DNA of 64,000 bases from Mobula hypostoma (Eukaryota), in contig NC_086118.1 in assembly GCF_963921235.1 (NCBI RefSeq), positions 26,166,001 to 26,230,000 on the forward strand. The letters run 5' to 3'. The notes beneath the pieces were generated by a model that did not search any database, was not told where the DNA came from, and was given only the letters and a program-made list of their open reading frames with translations. Within the stretch, counting starts at the first letter, position 1. Each line of letters opens with the position of its first letter. Positions 23,282 through 36,092 of the stretch are shown here, in pieces. The position numbers were made by a program, and so were the translations under genes.

Positions 23282-24543
23282 TTAAAAACTTGATTCAGGC
23301 ACAGGTTTTTTCCTTCCGAGTGAAGAAGTACTGTATCTCATCCTCTGCATTGTACCATACTTTTCCATATGCAGGTTTCTAGCTTGGTGAGAAATTGGTC
23401 CATTCTTCTGAAGTGATGTTGATCTCTTCAAGATCAAGTCATCTTTGACCACTATATTGGATGAGCTCTGTGATCGTCGAATTTCTTGTCCTGAAATACC
23501 AAGTCTGCCATTGTTTAATCCTTCTCTATATTTTGCAGTGTTTTTGGCTCCATTTACATCTAATTTTGCCCTGCACTCATTTATAGAGTCTGCCCTCTGC
23601 TTACCACTCAATGCTCCATTGGAGAGAGATATTCTAGATGATCCACTGATATTTTCAACAGTCCGACATTTGTCAAATTCACTTTGCTTTTTGGAATCCT
23701 TCCTCAAAAAGTTTGTTTTCAAAAATGTAAACTTTCGATCATTCAGCTTTGCTTCTTCAGTTTTACTATCCTTCTCTGCTTCTTGAAAGATCAAAGCTGA
23801 AATTGGTTCAACATCCGTGCTCCTCAAGGAGGGAGATTTTTCCAACTTCTCAACACCATGATGTCCTTTTCTTCTCTTCAAAGTGTCACTTAGAGCCAAG
23901 CTGCTCACAGAACCAATACTATATCCACTAATACTCTTACTTATTCTGTCATCTCTTGGTTGTAAAGGTTCTTCTGTTTTGACAGGTGGTGTACCTTTAT
24001 ATCCTTCTGATTTATCAACTGTTAGTTTCGATGATTTTCTTTGCAAGGTTCCAGGGCCTCTTTGTTTACTATTTCTCTTCAGTGTACTCGTCTTTTCATC
24101 TATGGAATTCTCTTTGCTACAGCTTCTCTGAAGGTTGTTTGAAGAGTCGGAGGTTCGCTCAATGGGCGCATTTCCATCCCTGTTTCCAGCAGTATTTATG
24201 CAGTAATCTACACTCAATCCCATTCCTGTCTGCTTTGTACTGTCAACATAGCTATCTGAATTAAGCTGTGTTGGCTTGTCTGTGGTTGGCAAAGAGTCAA
24301 GGTCAGTAGAACCTGTCATTATTGGGACAATGGACTCTTTTGTGCACCTGGGTCTACGGCCGGATTCCAAATACTCAACCAGGGCACCAGGCATTGACTT
24401 TGGTCTGTCCTTGGATCCCAGTGACCAACGTAGAGTTGTGTTTTTAAGAATTGCATTTTTAGGTGCAGCAGCAGAAGATGATCCTTTCATACTAATGCTC
24501 CTTCCTTGAATGCCACGTACAAAAGGACGTAGTTCAAATCCTC
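23282..24543 (-). CDS. USP43: USP43 last coding exon (Ser/Lys-rich tail, TAA stop at 23282-23284)
   Basis: Acceptor cttcctag at 24544; open frame 'GFELRPFVRGIQGRSISMK..LRWSLGSK..LVEYLESGRRPR..YGTMQRMRY..SLGRKKPVPESSF*'. From memory these motifs match USP43 rather than its paralogue USP31. Confidence 0.93.
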
Positions 24544-25099
24544 CTAGGAAGATCAGAAGACTGTCAGTAAAAGTGTTTTCCAAACAACTTAAATAACTTA
24601 CTTTCTCTAGTTAATATTTTCAAAAGCTGGCACACTAGAGAATATTATTTTTACTAGTAACAAATTTACAAAATTGCAAAAATGACATTTATATGAAGAA
24701 AAGAAAACTACAAGATGGAAGAGGGTCAAGAGTTTGTACTTGAATATTTTCTTCTTCAGCTGTTTTTGGGATTGAAGATGAACTGATTCCTGCAAACTTG
24801 ATGGGTTCTGAGGTGCTAATAAGACCATTGTGGGAATAGCCGATTCTTCCAGATAGTTCAGGTGGATTTTATGGGGCAGGCAGTTTAGTAGTTTTGACAA
24901 GAGAAGGTGTGCCTCCCAACCTGTTCCCTAAATTGACCATTTCTAGCTCAATGTGCCCAGTCAGTTCAGAAAAGGTGATGTCAAAGCCGCTGAGTTACTG
25001 ATCTACAACAGCAGAGTGGCATTCAGATCTGCTGCACATGCGAGTGACAAAGAGAATCCTTACAATTCATATCCTGAACTTCATGTTGTGGACTAGAAG

Positions 25100-25795
25100 A
25101 TGGCTGTGTGTTTTTTACTTTAAATTTCCCACTACCATTCCCCATTCCCACACTGATCTGTCTGGCCTCAGCCTCCTCCACTAACAGGGTGAAGCCAAAT
25201 GCAAACTAACAAAGTAGCACCTCATACTCCACTTGGGTTGTCTACAATGCCATGGAATGAATGCTAAATTCCCAAATTTCAGGTAATGTGCTACCCTCTA
25301 TCTCTTTCTGTCTCCTTCTGAACTATCCAGGTCCTCTCATATACCCCTTTCTTTCCAAATGACCCCTATAACCCAGTATCCTTCTATTTCCTCACCTACT
25401 CCGTCTACTCATTGCAAACTTCTATCCTCCTCCCCCTCTCCCACTGTTCTCAACTTCCCACCATCCCTGTTCTTACCAGATTCCGTCATCTTAAACCCTT
25501 TGATCATCTCCCAGCCTCTATTGGTCTCTCCACTCTTCCCTCCCCCACCTGACTCAAATGCCAATCAATCTATTCTCCTCTGGATCCATCTACCGCTTGC
25601 CAGCTCTTACCCCAGCCTTCCCCCTCACCTCTTCCTACCGACTATCCTCCCTTCACTCTTTTAGTCTAGATGAAGGGTCTCAGCCAGAATTATCAACTGT
25701 CCGTTTCTCTCTTCAGATGCCGCCTGACCAGCTGAGTTCCCCTAGAAATTCATTTTATGTTCCAGATTCCAGCATCTGTATTCCCTTGTGTCCTC
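25100..25795 (+). mobile_element. Old PLE 3' fragment in the last USP43 intron
   Basis: Decayed GIY-YIG C-terminal coding sequence, pyrimidine-rich UTR, decayed hammerhead near 25663-25698, ccagcatctg tail. Confidence 0.7.
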
Positions 25796-25878
25796 AGTCA
25801 TGGTTAAGCAGTACTGAGGAATTCTCTCCCTGCCCCTAGCAGTAATGACCAGAGGTCCCTACTTTGAATTCATCGTAC

Positions 25879-26037
25879 CATTTTTATCCTTTATCGGATT
25901 ATCAGGGAAGACAGGAGATTCTGGAGATGAAGGAAGGGATGTGCAATTCGTGGACCCTCGAGATACTAGGCTCCCTCGTTTGCTGTCTCCAGTTAGCCGG
26001 TTAAGCCAATGATCGGAGATTGATGAACTTGTGGAAC
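25879..26037 (-). CDS. USP43: USP43 penultimate coding exon: GSTSSSISDHWLNRLTGDSKRGSLVSRGSTNCTSLPSSPESPVFPDNPIKDKNG
   Basis: Acceptor ttatcatgcag, donor gtacga; 159 bp, phase 1/1; resembles USP43 'GSTSSSLSDHWL.RL'; absent from the ORF track. Confidence 0.9.
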
Positions 26038-26465
26038 CTGCATGATAAGAAATAATTAAATAAGATCAACGAGATTAAACCATAGCACTTCTATGAAGCA
26101 TTCTGGGTCTGCTACAACACTGGCCAAATCTGGAAATTACATTTCTCAATCACATTTTGGGATGAAATGAGCAATTAGTTCGTTAGCTTCCCCTTCTTTA
26201 CAAGTTGATGTTCATAATTTCCTAAATAACTTACCAAATTTAGCTGTGAGTGATGCTGTATTAGGCTGAAGATCCTGGCTATCTTGAGCGTGGAAGTCCT
26301 AGTGATGTTATGCCTCCTGTCCAGCTGATGGACAGGTTTATTGCATGGCCAGTGGTGATGGGTTAGTAGGTGTTGGAAATAAGGGCCCATGATCAGGGTT
26401 GAAATGAGGAGTGTAAGGGCACAGGTAGTCCAGGCTAAGGAAGTATCACAGAGTCTTATGAGATC

Positions 26466-26669
26466 TGTAGGATAACGTAACTGGTAGAAATGTCCATAGT
26501 TCACAACCGCCGACATTGAGTTGGGGTTTTGCTTTAAGAGGCTGGTCTGATGTGATGATGATATTATGTAAAAGGCTTTTAGCACATTTTCTGTGTAGGT
26601 TTTGGAATTCAATAAAATGTGTTAGGGGTTCTGTTAAACATAAAACGCCTCACTTTTTGGAAACCTACA
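26466..26669 (+). repeat. 5' LTR of the Gypsy element
   Basis: tgtaggataac...aaacctaca with AATAAA; direct repeat of 28601-28817. Confidence 0.85.
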
Positions 26670-28600
26670 TTGTTAAACCCAATGCTCTAGGACGATTCCC
26701 GAGTTATTGAGTATGTTGGCCAACACAGTCGCTTTGAAACTGCTGGAGTTTAGGGAGCAAAATGCCATTGCTTGGTTTGTACAAGCACAGGCCCAGCTCG
26801 CCCATCGAGAAACCTCCGCTGACAACACCGAATATTTCTACGTGGCAGCGTCGCTCAGCAATTCCAAGGCTGTGAGAGTGGTGAGTCAGCCTGAACACTA
26901 TAAATACTGATCGCTGAAAACTCACCTTTTACAGACTTTTGGACTAATGGAGTCTGAGCACACCAAACAGTTGCTCTCTTTACCTGGTCTCAGTGATGGT
27001 AAGCCTTTGGAGCTAATGGACCACACACTTTCTGTCCTGGCAAATCAACATCCTTGTTTAATTTCGAGGAACTCTTCATGCAACAAATGCCTGATCCAGT
27101 TCACGTAGGCCTCACTAATGCACCCATGATGGACTATAGGGAGCTTGCTAAAATGGCTGATAGTCTACACTCAGCTGGGCAGTGGTGCATCATTCCTCCT
27201 CCTTTCTCTACCTCAATAAGCCCCGTCAGCAAGGCCTCCAACGAGGGGAAAAATAATGTTGTGGTCGATTGCCTCTCACGGCCGCCATTGAGCCTGTACA
27301 CATAGGGGTGGCTTATGCCGGCATGGCAGCCAACCAAGTTACCGACCCAGAGGTCCAGGCTTACCCAACAATAGACACGGGCTTGCGCTTGATTGACATT
27401 AAGTTCAGGAGGGCTGGGGTTTCTTTCCTGTGTGATGCCTCAACTGCTTGCCATTGTCCCATCGTGCCCGCAAACTGGAGACAGACTGTTTTCGATTCCA
27501 TACATGGCCTCTCGCATCGGGGCCAGAAGGCCTCACAGAAACTGGTTGGACTAGAGTTTGTTTGGCATGGCCTCAGAAAAGACGTGCATGATTGGACTGC
27601 GGTTTGCGTGGAGTGTCATCAGGCAAAAATTAATCATCATGTTCAGAAGGTCCCTGAGCGATGATTTGATCATGTCAATGTGAATTGCTGGTCCTCTTCC
27701 CCGTCCGGCGGTTTCACGCACCTCCTTACCATGGTGAACCGTATCACCAGGTGGCCAGAAGTCGTCCCTCTAGCATCGACAACAGCCGCAGATATGGCTT
27801 AAGTGTTCATCAGCAGCTGGGCTGCTCGGTTTGGCACACCATCTGTTATTTCCTCTGATCACAGTCCCCAATTCATTTCAGAACTCCGGGCTGCGAGGAC
27901 CCAGAACCTCGGCGTTAGGGTACATCACTCCACGGCGTATCAACCGCAGTCCAATGGCCCATGCAAGCAGTTTCACCGCTCCTTAAAGGCTGCTCTGAGG
28001 GCTTCCCTGACTGTTGTCGGCTCCCATGGGTCGTTCTGGAGCTCAGAGCTGCTCCAAAGAAGGACCTGAGATAGTATATGGGCTGCTGTTACAAGTGCCA
28101 GGTGGTTTCATTCCTAATGCTACAACTGCCTTGTTGGCCTCTCAACAGTATTCCAGCCTCCTCAGTAAATACAATTCCTTTTCACCTATTCCTAACTACA
28201 AGCATGTCTTACAGCACTCTTGGGTACCTGTTGACCTACATTCTGCCTTGTTTGTTATTGTCCGTCATGATGCACACCAACATTGCCTTGGGCCCCCTTA
28301 CGATGACCCGTTCCCCGTTTTGTTACGGGGCAAAAAGACTTCTATCATAGACAAGAGGGGTAAACCTAAGTGTATTTTGGTAGGTCGCCTTAAACGGGCC
28401 CACCAAGATTAGCAGTGTTCCGCTGCCACACCCCTGCCATCACAACATAACCATGAGCGTATCAATGCACCTTTGGACGAGCCAGCAGCACCTGTAATTC
28501 CTCCACCCATGGAACACAGGACCCAAACCAGGCAGCTCATGCGAGCTCCAGACAGGCTCACAATGCCGGTTTTAGTGAATTCTAAGGGGGGGGGGGGCTG

Positions 28601-28817
28601 TGTAGGTTAACATAACTGGGTGAAATGTACAAAATTCATAACCACCAATATTGAGGTGGGGTTTCGCTTTAAGAGGCTGGTCTGATGTGATGACGTTATT
28701 GTGTGAAAAATTTTTTTAGTGCACTTTTGTTGTGTAGGCTTTGGAGTTCAATGAAATGTGTTACAAGTTTCTTTAAACATAAAATGCCTCACTTTATTTT
28801 ATTTACAGAAACCCACA
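28601..28817 (+). repeat. 3' LTR of the Gypsy element
   Basis: tgtaggttaac...aaacccaca just after the G-rich PPT. Confidence 0.85.
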
Positions 28818-30244
28818 GACCCAATAGAGATCTTAAGCCACAAGTGGGCCCGCAAAAGAAGCTGAACAAAGGGGCTTATCCCCATCACTTTAACCTCTGG
28901 TTGTTCTGCAGATCACTTCTCAGTTATGTAAAATTGATCTGCAAATGTAAAACAGGACCCAATTTTCTTTCTGAAGAAGGCAGCTCTCAGGAATAGGTTG
29001 GTGAAGAGCAAATACTTCATTCACTAATTGGCAAAGTTTACACTAACTAAAAACACTTATAAGCAGGAGCTCCATATTTCTGTTATTTTCGTGGCTAAAA
29101 ATCTAACTTATAAAAGCACTTGGATTTTATTCTGAAATAATTTTTTGTTGATTTGGAAAAATACTTTATTAATGTGTCACAGCAATTACATAGGAAACTA
29201 CAGATCTGCAAGCAAACTTGAACAGTGACTGAAGGCCTTACTGCTTAACTCCTTATCATTGTGAATGAACCAGACACCCAGCTAAAGCAAGTTGCTCTGA
29301 GACTTCTGTCCTACAAATATAAAATGCATATATATTATTGTATCATCATAGTTAACAATGGGTATGGCTAGTTGCTCATTTGTCTCTCAAATGTGAAAAG
29401 GCAGCCTCATTAAGGCAAGAGTTGTATTCAAATGTTCCTTAACAGCAGATGTTATCAGTATTAATGATCAACTTTCAGGATGACAGATCAAGTCAACTTT
29501 TCAGTGTTCAGCACGAAAAAGTAAAATTGGTGCAAAATTCATCAAGAATTTCCATTTCAAAATCTATTGGTAATTTGTTGTTTCTGTGAAAATATTGTTG
29601 ATTTATGCAACATAACAACTGTCTGGTGCTTCAGTGATAGCTGCGCTTGCTTTTCAAAATTAAAAGCATGTGGCACAGCACTTGTACATTGATAAAGCCA
29701 TTTTGTGGGTGCATCTTTCTTCACCAAGGTTGCAAATTATCTCACGTATCTTTTTGCTCATAACAACAACCTGTTGTCCTACATAGCCACATACTTACAT
29801 CTTGGCGTTAGCTTGTTTACCATTAACCAATTTTGACAGAAGTGTACCTTACTCAATGTGACCAATCTATAACATGAATCAAGACCCAATTCAATCAACC
29901 ACTTTCCCAGCTCAATGCTATCTCACGTCCTCTTCCTCAGCAGTTCAAGTACTCTAAACCTAGCTCAGTCACTCTGCATGAACCAACACCCAAAATAAAT
30001 CCTATCTTTAATTTCAGAAGCTTAAGTGTAACATCCTGTGTTCACTTGTCTGCAGAGCCATTGCTTGTCAAAATATTTGTAGCACGTACAAACAATAGTC
30101 TATGCCTTTTCTGTGTTGTGTGCTAACTCAACTACATATTCTACTACATGCACAACATTTTTCATATGTTAAAAAATAGAATTCCTTAAAAAGAAACCTT
30201 GGTTGGTATATATAACCAAATTTCTCTGAGCGACATTTCAAACC

Positions 30245-30640
30245 TATTCTCATCTACCAGCACCACATCCATGGCATTGTAACTTGTGACTCTTCAACTA
30301 CACATCCAACTACTATTTAATTGTGCTGAAGGTTTCTGCTTTGACCATTGGACAGCAAGTTCCAAACCACTATGACACTCTGGGTGAAAACAAAATTCTT
30401 CACCTGCCCTCTAATCCTTCTACCAGTTACATCAACTCTTTTTGACCCATCTGCGAAGGGAAATAGATCTTTCTTATTGACTCTGTCTAGATTCTTCATA
30501 ATTGTATAATCCACAATTGAGTCGCCCCCAGTCTCCTGTGTTCTAACAACTTTATATTATTTGAATTATGCTCATAATTACAATTTTCAATTCTAGAAGT
30601 TTTTAGACATTTCCTCTGCAACCTTTCTAGTGTAGTCCAA
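30245..30640 (-). mobile_element. CR1 3' fragment
   Basis: YTIMKNLDRVNKKDLFP..FVFTQSVIVVWNLL on the minus strand. Confidence 0.7.
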
Positions 30641-31371
30641 AGTTGGCATTATGAGGTCATAATTGGAGCTCAAGTCACAGCTCTAGTGAGAGTTCTCCAT
30701 GTGTACAACACAGATATGCAGGAAAGCCACTGAACGCAAGCAGCGCAAAAACTTGTTTTGTTGTTACCTGCAAAATTTATGAAGAGATTGGGCCTGAAAA
30801 TGAAATGCCTGACAGATTGAAGCAGGTCTAATGGGTGAGACCAGTTTTGGTGCTCAGTCTTACCTGGGTTGCTACCAGGAAGTCTTCTACCAGGTAAGCT
30901 CCCTTTGTCAATGATCAATCCCACCCAGTCTCTGGGTGTCGATGCACTGATTATCCAACCAGCATTATGCCACTAAAAGACATCTCCCCATTCACGACTC
31001 ACCATTCCCCTCTTCTTTCTGCCCTTCCCCAATTATCTTCCCATTCTGCAAACCTCTTTCTAATGCCACCTTGCCATCTCTCAACAGTGCAGATTTCTCT
31101 CTCCAATTTCTTCACCATTAACTTCATTATCTTTCTTTCTGGCCTCCTAATTCTGATCCTTTCTCCCAATCATCATTAACACACCCTCCTTCTCCTGCTC
31201 CTCTCTACTCACCCTGTGCTTGAATTCATTCCTTTCATGATCAATTTGTAGGTTATCAGGAAACCAATTTGGTCAACTGCTTGCGTATTTTGTAGACACT
31301 TCCAAGCACATTAGACTGAAAAGAGTGGCCCGTTGAATACCATGTCATGATTGTAACAAACCTCCACGCAC

Positions 31372-31530
31372 CTGTTACAGAGCTGTTGGCTGACCAGGGT
31401 GGAATGGTGTTCCTTTTTTGGTAAAAGAGTATGTAGGCACTACGTGTGCAGATCTCTTCTTCTGGAATCAATTCTACATTACTGTCATCATAACCATACC
31501 ACTGCCCGTCCACAGAGTTTCTGCAGAATG
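31372..31530 (-). CDS. USP43: USP43 coding exon with Asp box: AFCRNSVDGQWYGYDDSNVE...AYILFYQKRNTIPPWSANSSVTG
   Basis: Acceptor tgtttaccag, donor gtgcgt; 159 bp, phase 1/1; WY.YDD and AYILFY motifs end the USP domain. Confidence 0.95.
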
Positions 31531-31769
31531 CTGGTAAACACAGAGTGAAATCAATAAATCAGAAGCAAATAGCTGTTCCAATGCATTTCTTTCCAATTGC
31601 ACAATAGGCTCATTCAGTAGTTAAAATCTCTTAAGATATTTATTTTGCAATTATAATATATGTACACAGTTAATGAAGCAGCGCAAACATTTGGACCTTC
31701 CATCTTATCCCACATATAGCTTTCTATCACTTGGTAAGCTCAAGGAATCGGCAGGAAGCTGAAGGCCAT

Positions 31770-32065
31770 TTGTTAAGTGAGTCTCGGACCAGAGGGCACA
31801 GCCTCTGAAGACAAGGATGTCCGTTTAGAACAGAGATGAGAAGGAATCTCTTTAGCAAGAGGCTGGTGAAATTGTGAAATTCATTGCCACTGACAGACGT
31901 GGAGGCCAAGCCACTTGGTATGATTAAAAGTGGAGGTTGATAGGTTCATGATTAATAAGGGTGTCAAAGCTTTCAGGGAGAAGGCAGGAGGATGGGATTG
32001 ACAGCGATAATAAATCAGGCATTGGAGCAGACTCTATTTCTGTTCCAACGTCCTATGGTCTTACT
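31770..32065 (+). mobile_element. CR1 3' fragment
   Basis: accagagggcacagcct..gagatgagaaggaat..gtgaaattgtgaaattc; similar to the ends of 15551-15985 and 19185-22276. Confidence 0.7.
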
Positions 32066-33576
32066 GGCCTTCTCATGAAAGTCAATGTTGATATTTTGTG
32101 ATTTTTAAAACTTTAAACGTTGATGTTTTTGAGCTTTCTCACCCCACCCTGCCCTGACCTACCAGTTCTCAGAACGTTTTGCAAGTTTAGTCTTTTTGAT
32201 GGGTACAGTGCAAATGAAAAATGTTTTTTTCTTTAGAGTAGCTAAGTTGGAGATTAAACTCATTTCATTTTCTCCTTTGACAGGAATAGTGTGTGCTTGA
32301 AAAGATTTATGAATGAGAGAAAAATTAATCAAACTTTAAAAATTTAACTTTATACGCCTGTTACCCTTTTGACTTTAGCTTGCACCTCTCTATGGGCATG
32401 GATTGTTAACATACCACCAAAGCTGTCCCATGGTGCCAACCAAAAAGAGTCACATAACTTATACACAGGTTTATCACTCAACATCACCGTTACTCTTCCA
32501 AAAATGTTGCACCTTAGGGACAAGATATCCTCTTGATTCTGCAGTCACTACACAGAGCAGGCCATAAGAGTGTGTTTTGAAGTTTCAAAATAGATAAGGT
32601 GTGCGCTAGCCGACTGAATCAGTCCATATGACATCAATCTTTATTTGTTGATAAGACCATTTCCTCCAAATTTGAAGGTCATTGATGCAACTTTAATTTC
32701 AGTAATAATCTAAGTGACTGAGCAGATACTGTGTTTGAAATAAGGTGGTAAGCAAGACCCCATTTCATCTGTTATGGACATGGGGATATGTAGGGAAGTG
32801 TAGGGGATTGCCCCGGTGTCACACCATGAATGTATCATTCAGTCGATGCTATCGTTGTTCTTTCTTTCTGTAAATTGGACGGTGTACTTCACCAAAATAC
32901 CATATGACGTACACAATTAACTGATTACAAATCACCTTGGGAAATGCTTATGTTGAGAAAGACATAATAATAGATAACAAATATAGATGGATTCACAAGA
33001 GTCTACAATTACAATCCTGCAAGCTGAGACGTTGAAAATCCTTTTGCCGCACAGATGTTGCTTGGCCTACTAAATTCATTCAGTGGATTGTTTGTTACGA
33101 GTAACTACAGATGATTGGAATCTTGTTATTCATATTCTACAAAGGCACAATGTATAAATATTTCCAACATTCAACTCATGAATTTGCATTCTAACAGTTA
33201 CAAAGCACAATAAAGGTCATTAACAAGAATGGATGCAAGCTGGTTTTCATAATACACAAAATCAATCTGTTGCATCTCAGAAACGGATCTTTCTGTCCCT
33301 GATGTTCAAATTTAAGCCAAACACTTTCCCAGACAACAATGACAGTCTCAGTCTACCAGAAACATTTTAAACTGTTTTTCAAATGATCAGAAGGTCTGTG
33401 AAATCAGATAAAGCCACCACTTGAATCAATGGTGCGACTAATAGCGCTGACATGTTAGCGTTAGATTCTGTTGTCCAGATACCACTGGTTGTGCGATTGC
33501 TGTTCATTTCTGTCAGGTTAGCAATCTGACAGAGAGTCAGTGAAAGATAGCAGAGGGGTAGACCTGCATTGATATA

Positions 33577-34931
33577 TACTCAGTGGCCACATTATTAGGT
33601 ACACCTTTACACCTGCTTATTAATGCAAATATCTAATCAGCCACTCAATGCATAAAAGCTTGCACACATGGTCAAGAGATTCCATTGCTGTGATCTTGAT
33701 CATGGAATTATCGTTGGTGCCAGATGGGGTGGTTTGAGGAACTGCTGATCTCCTGGGATTTTCATGCACAACAGTCTCTAGTTTACAGAGAATGGTGAGA
33801 AAAACAAAAAAAAAATCAAGTGAGTGCCAGTTAGGGGGAGGAGCTTAGGAGGGTTAATGGTGCCTAACGGCGACTCCTTTGCTTGCATCATCGGAAACAG
33901 CTCTATTTCCATCATTAATGTTTTTCCCTTTCAAGGTCCTTTTGAAGACAGCAACCTGGAGTTACATGCTGACTATGGTTCTTTGCAGGAATGGGACCCG
34001 CTCTCGGGGTTTCACGACTGGCTGTTATTTGGCACGCCAAGGGCTTGGCCTAAGAGCTTCGCTCGCCTTTGGAAGACTGAGATTTTGTGGCTCTGGAGAT
34101 GGGGTGGTCAGAGGTCCGTGCCTCTGCAGAAGATCAGTGTGTCATTGGAGATGGAAGATCTCTGGCTGTGTGCCCAGAGACCCAAGATCTTTGGGCACAG
34201 AGCTCAGAAAAAACGACGCAATGGACCTTTAACATTGTAAACCAGCTGGTTGTTTGTATTGTCTCCCCTCTCGCTGTGAAATGGAGACACCTCTTTCTCC
34301 CTTGTTAGGGAGAGACAGAGCCTGTGGTATGTTGAATACCGGGTGAACAAATAGTCTTTGGGGTAACTGCAAGTCTGTGGCTTTGCTGTTGTTTTGCTCA
34401 CGCTTGAGTACTTGGTGGTGGGTGCCGATGCTTTTTTTTGCCGGTGGGGGAAGGGGTATTGTTGCTTGCTCCTGCTTACAAGTGGGAGGGAGGGAAGCTG
34501 GGGGGGGGGTACTTTGGAGTTCTAACATTTCATTGTCATTCATTCTTTGGGGGCACTCTTCTGTTTTCATGGATGGTTGCGAAGAAAAATCATTTCAGTA
34601 TGTATATTTGTACACATTTCTCTGACATTAAATATACCTTTGAAACCTTTGAGTTTTGTGGGGAAAAACGCCTTGTTAATGAGAGAGGTCAGAGGAGAAT
34701 GGCCAGATTAGTTTAAACTAACAGAAAAGTGACAGTAACTCAAATAACTACACATTACAATGGTGCAACACACACAAAATGCTGGAGGAACTCAGCAGAC
34801 TGCATTACAACAGTGGTTTGCAGAGGAGCATCTCTTAAAGCACAACACACCAAACCTTAAAGTGGATGGCTGCAGCAGCAGGAGACGACACTGGGCTCCA
34901 CTCCTATACCTAATAAAGTGGCTACAGAGTG
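33577..34931 (+). mobile_element. Second internally deleted Tc1 remnant, interrupted by insertions
   Basis: TIRs actcagtggccacattattaggtac and tacctaataaagtggctacagagt; body homologous to 61-1323. Confidence 0.78.
33833..34651 (+). mobile_element. Non-coding retroelement nested in the Tc1 remnant
   Basis: Interrupts Tc1 homology precisely; ATTAAA then (tttgaaacc)-like tail; short agtt duplication. Confidence 0.6.
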
Positions 34932-35709
34932 CAAATGTTTTCAGATTGTCGTTGGTGGTCTGTCATTATAAATGAAGTGGAAGAACCAGGGTAAAGCCTC
35001 ATGGTTTCTCAGTGTCATTGCTATGGATATTTTGACTATAATTCAAAATATAAAACTGGAGTTAAAGGTAAACCATCCAGTAAACAATCGAGAAGTGAGG
35101 AAGGAGAAGGTACTGATCAGCTGATTTAAAGGCTACTGCAAGGAGGAATGAGAAAGTTACACTTTTATTACCGTGGAAATAACATGCTGAACTTAGTGTG
35201 CATCACCTTTGTCTTCATTTATGTACAAGTTGTAAAGCCGTACATCTGTCTTTAACCACATTTACCGACTGATGGTTCCTCCCTCTCCGTGTAGCAGGAT
35301 GCAAAATAAAATTTGCTTTAGAATTTGTGAAAGATGTGCAAGTTCATTTTCATAATTTGTTATGCAGAGAAAGAAAGACGCACAGGGGTGTGGTTTGTTG
35401 GGTGTAGATATGATCGGGAAATAGTCGATAACAGACTCCTCCACATGCAATCTGATAAGATGACTTCCTGTTGTTATTACAACTCTGGTAATAGCACAGC
35501 ATAAAAAGCCAAGTTTTGGTACTTGATGAAATGCTTAAGGAGCTATTTGGTTGTACGTTTCTACTTGCTTTTAAGGCAGACTACAGTTTTATAATCACTC
35601 TTATATAAAATAGTGGTGAAGCAGTAGATTGTCCTGCAATGATATAGTTGCTCTAGTCCATGGTATTTATTGTGGAATCAATCACATTGTAGCTGTATAA
35701 TATAGAGAT

Positions 35710-36092
35710 CTGGTCAGAAGGCAGCATCCATCATGAAGGACTCCCCACCACCCAGGACATGCCCTCTTCTCATTATTACCATCGGGCAAGAGGTACAGGA
35801 GCCTGAAGGCACACACTTAGTGATTCAGGAACAGCTTCTTCCCCTCTTCTCCTCTGGATTTCTAAACAGACATTGAACCCAGGAACACAATCTGACTATT
35901 TGTTTTCTGTTTTTTCTTGCACTGCTGATTTTAACTTAACTATTTAATAGACATATATATATATATACTTCCTGTAATTCAGTTTTTCTTCTCCATATTT
36001 ACTTATCATGTATTTCATTGTACTGCTGCCGTAAAGTTAACAAATTTCACGACCTATGCCGGTGATACTAAACCTGATTCCGATTCGGATCC
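35710..36092 (+). mobile_element. Rex1/Babar-like LINE 3' end
   Basis: ccatcgggcaagaggtacaggagcctga..aacagcttcttccc; (gattc)n tail; complementary to 3965-4330. Confidence 0.7.

Larger units (their letters stand above)
26466..28817 (+). mobile_element. Internally deleted Gypsy LTR retrotransposon (gag + integrase remnants)
   Basis: Two TG..CA LTRs; polypurine tract 28584-28597; gag-like VALKL.EF..WFVQAQAQ; GKNNVVVDCLSR; integrase HHCC (H..SH..C..C) and core RFGTP..ISSD..QF..HHSTAYQPQSNG. Confidence 0.88.

Noticed and set aside
23445..24509. Plus-strand ORFs overlapping the last USP43 exon
   Set aside because: Antisense shadows of the real coding frame, with no recognisable motifs.
24544..24583. 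ORF-track N-terminus 'MENTFTDSLLIFL' of the 433-aa ORF
   Set aside because: Intronic; the splice acceptor is at 24544-24545 and the frame continues from the 25879-26037 exon.
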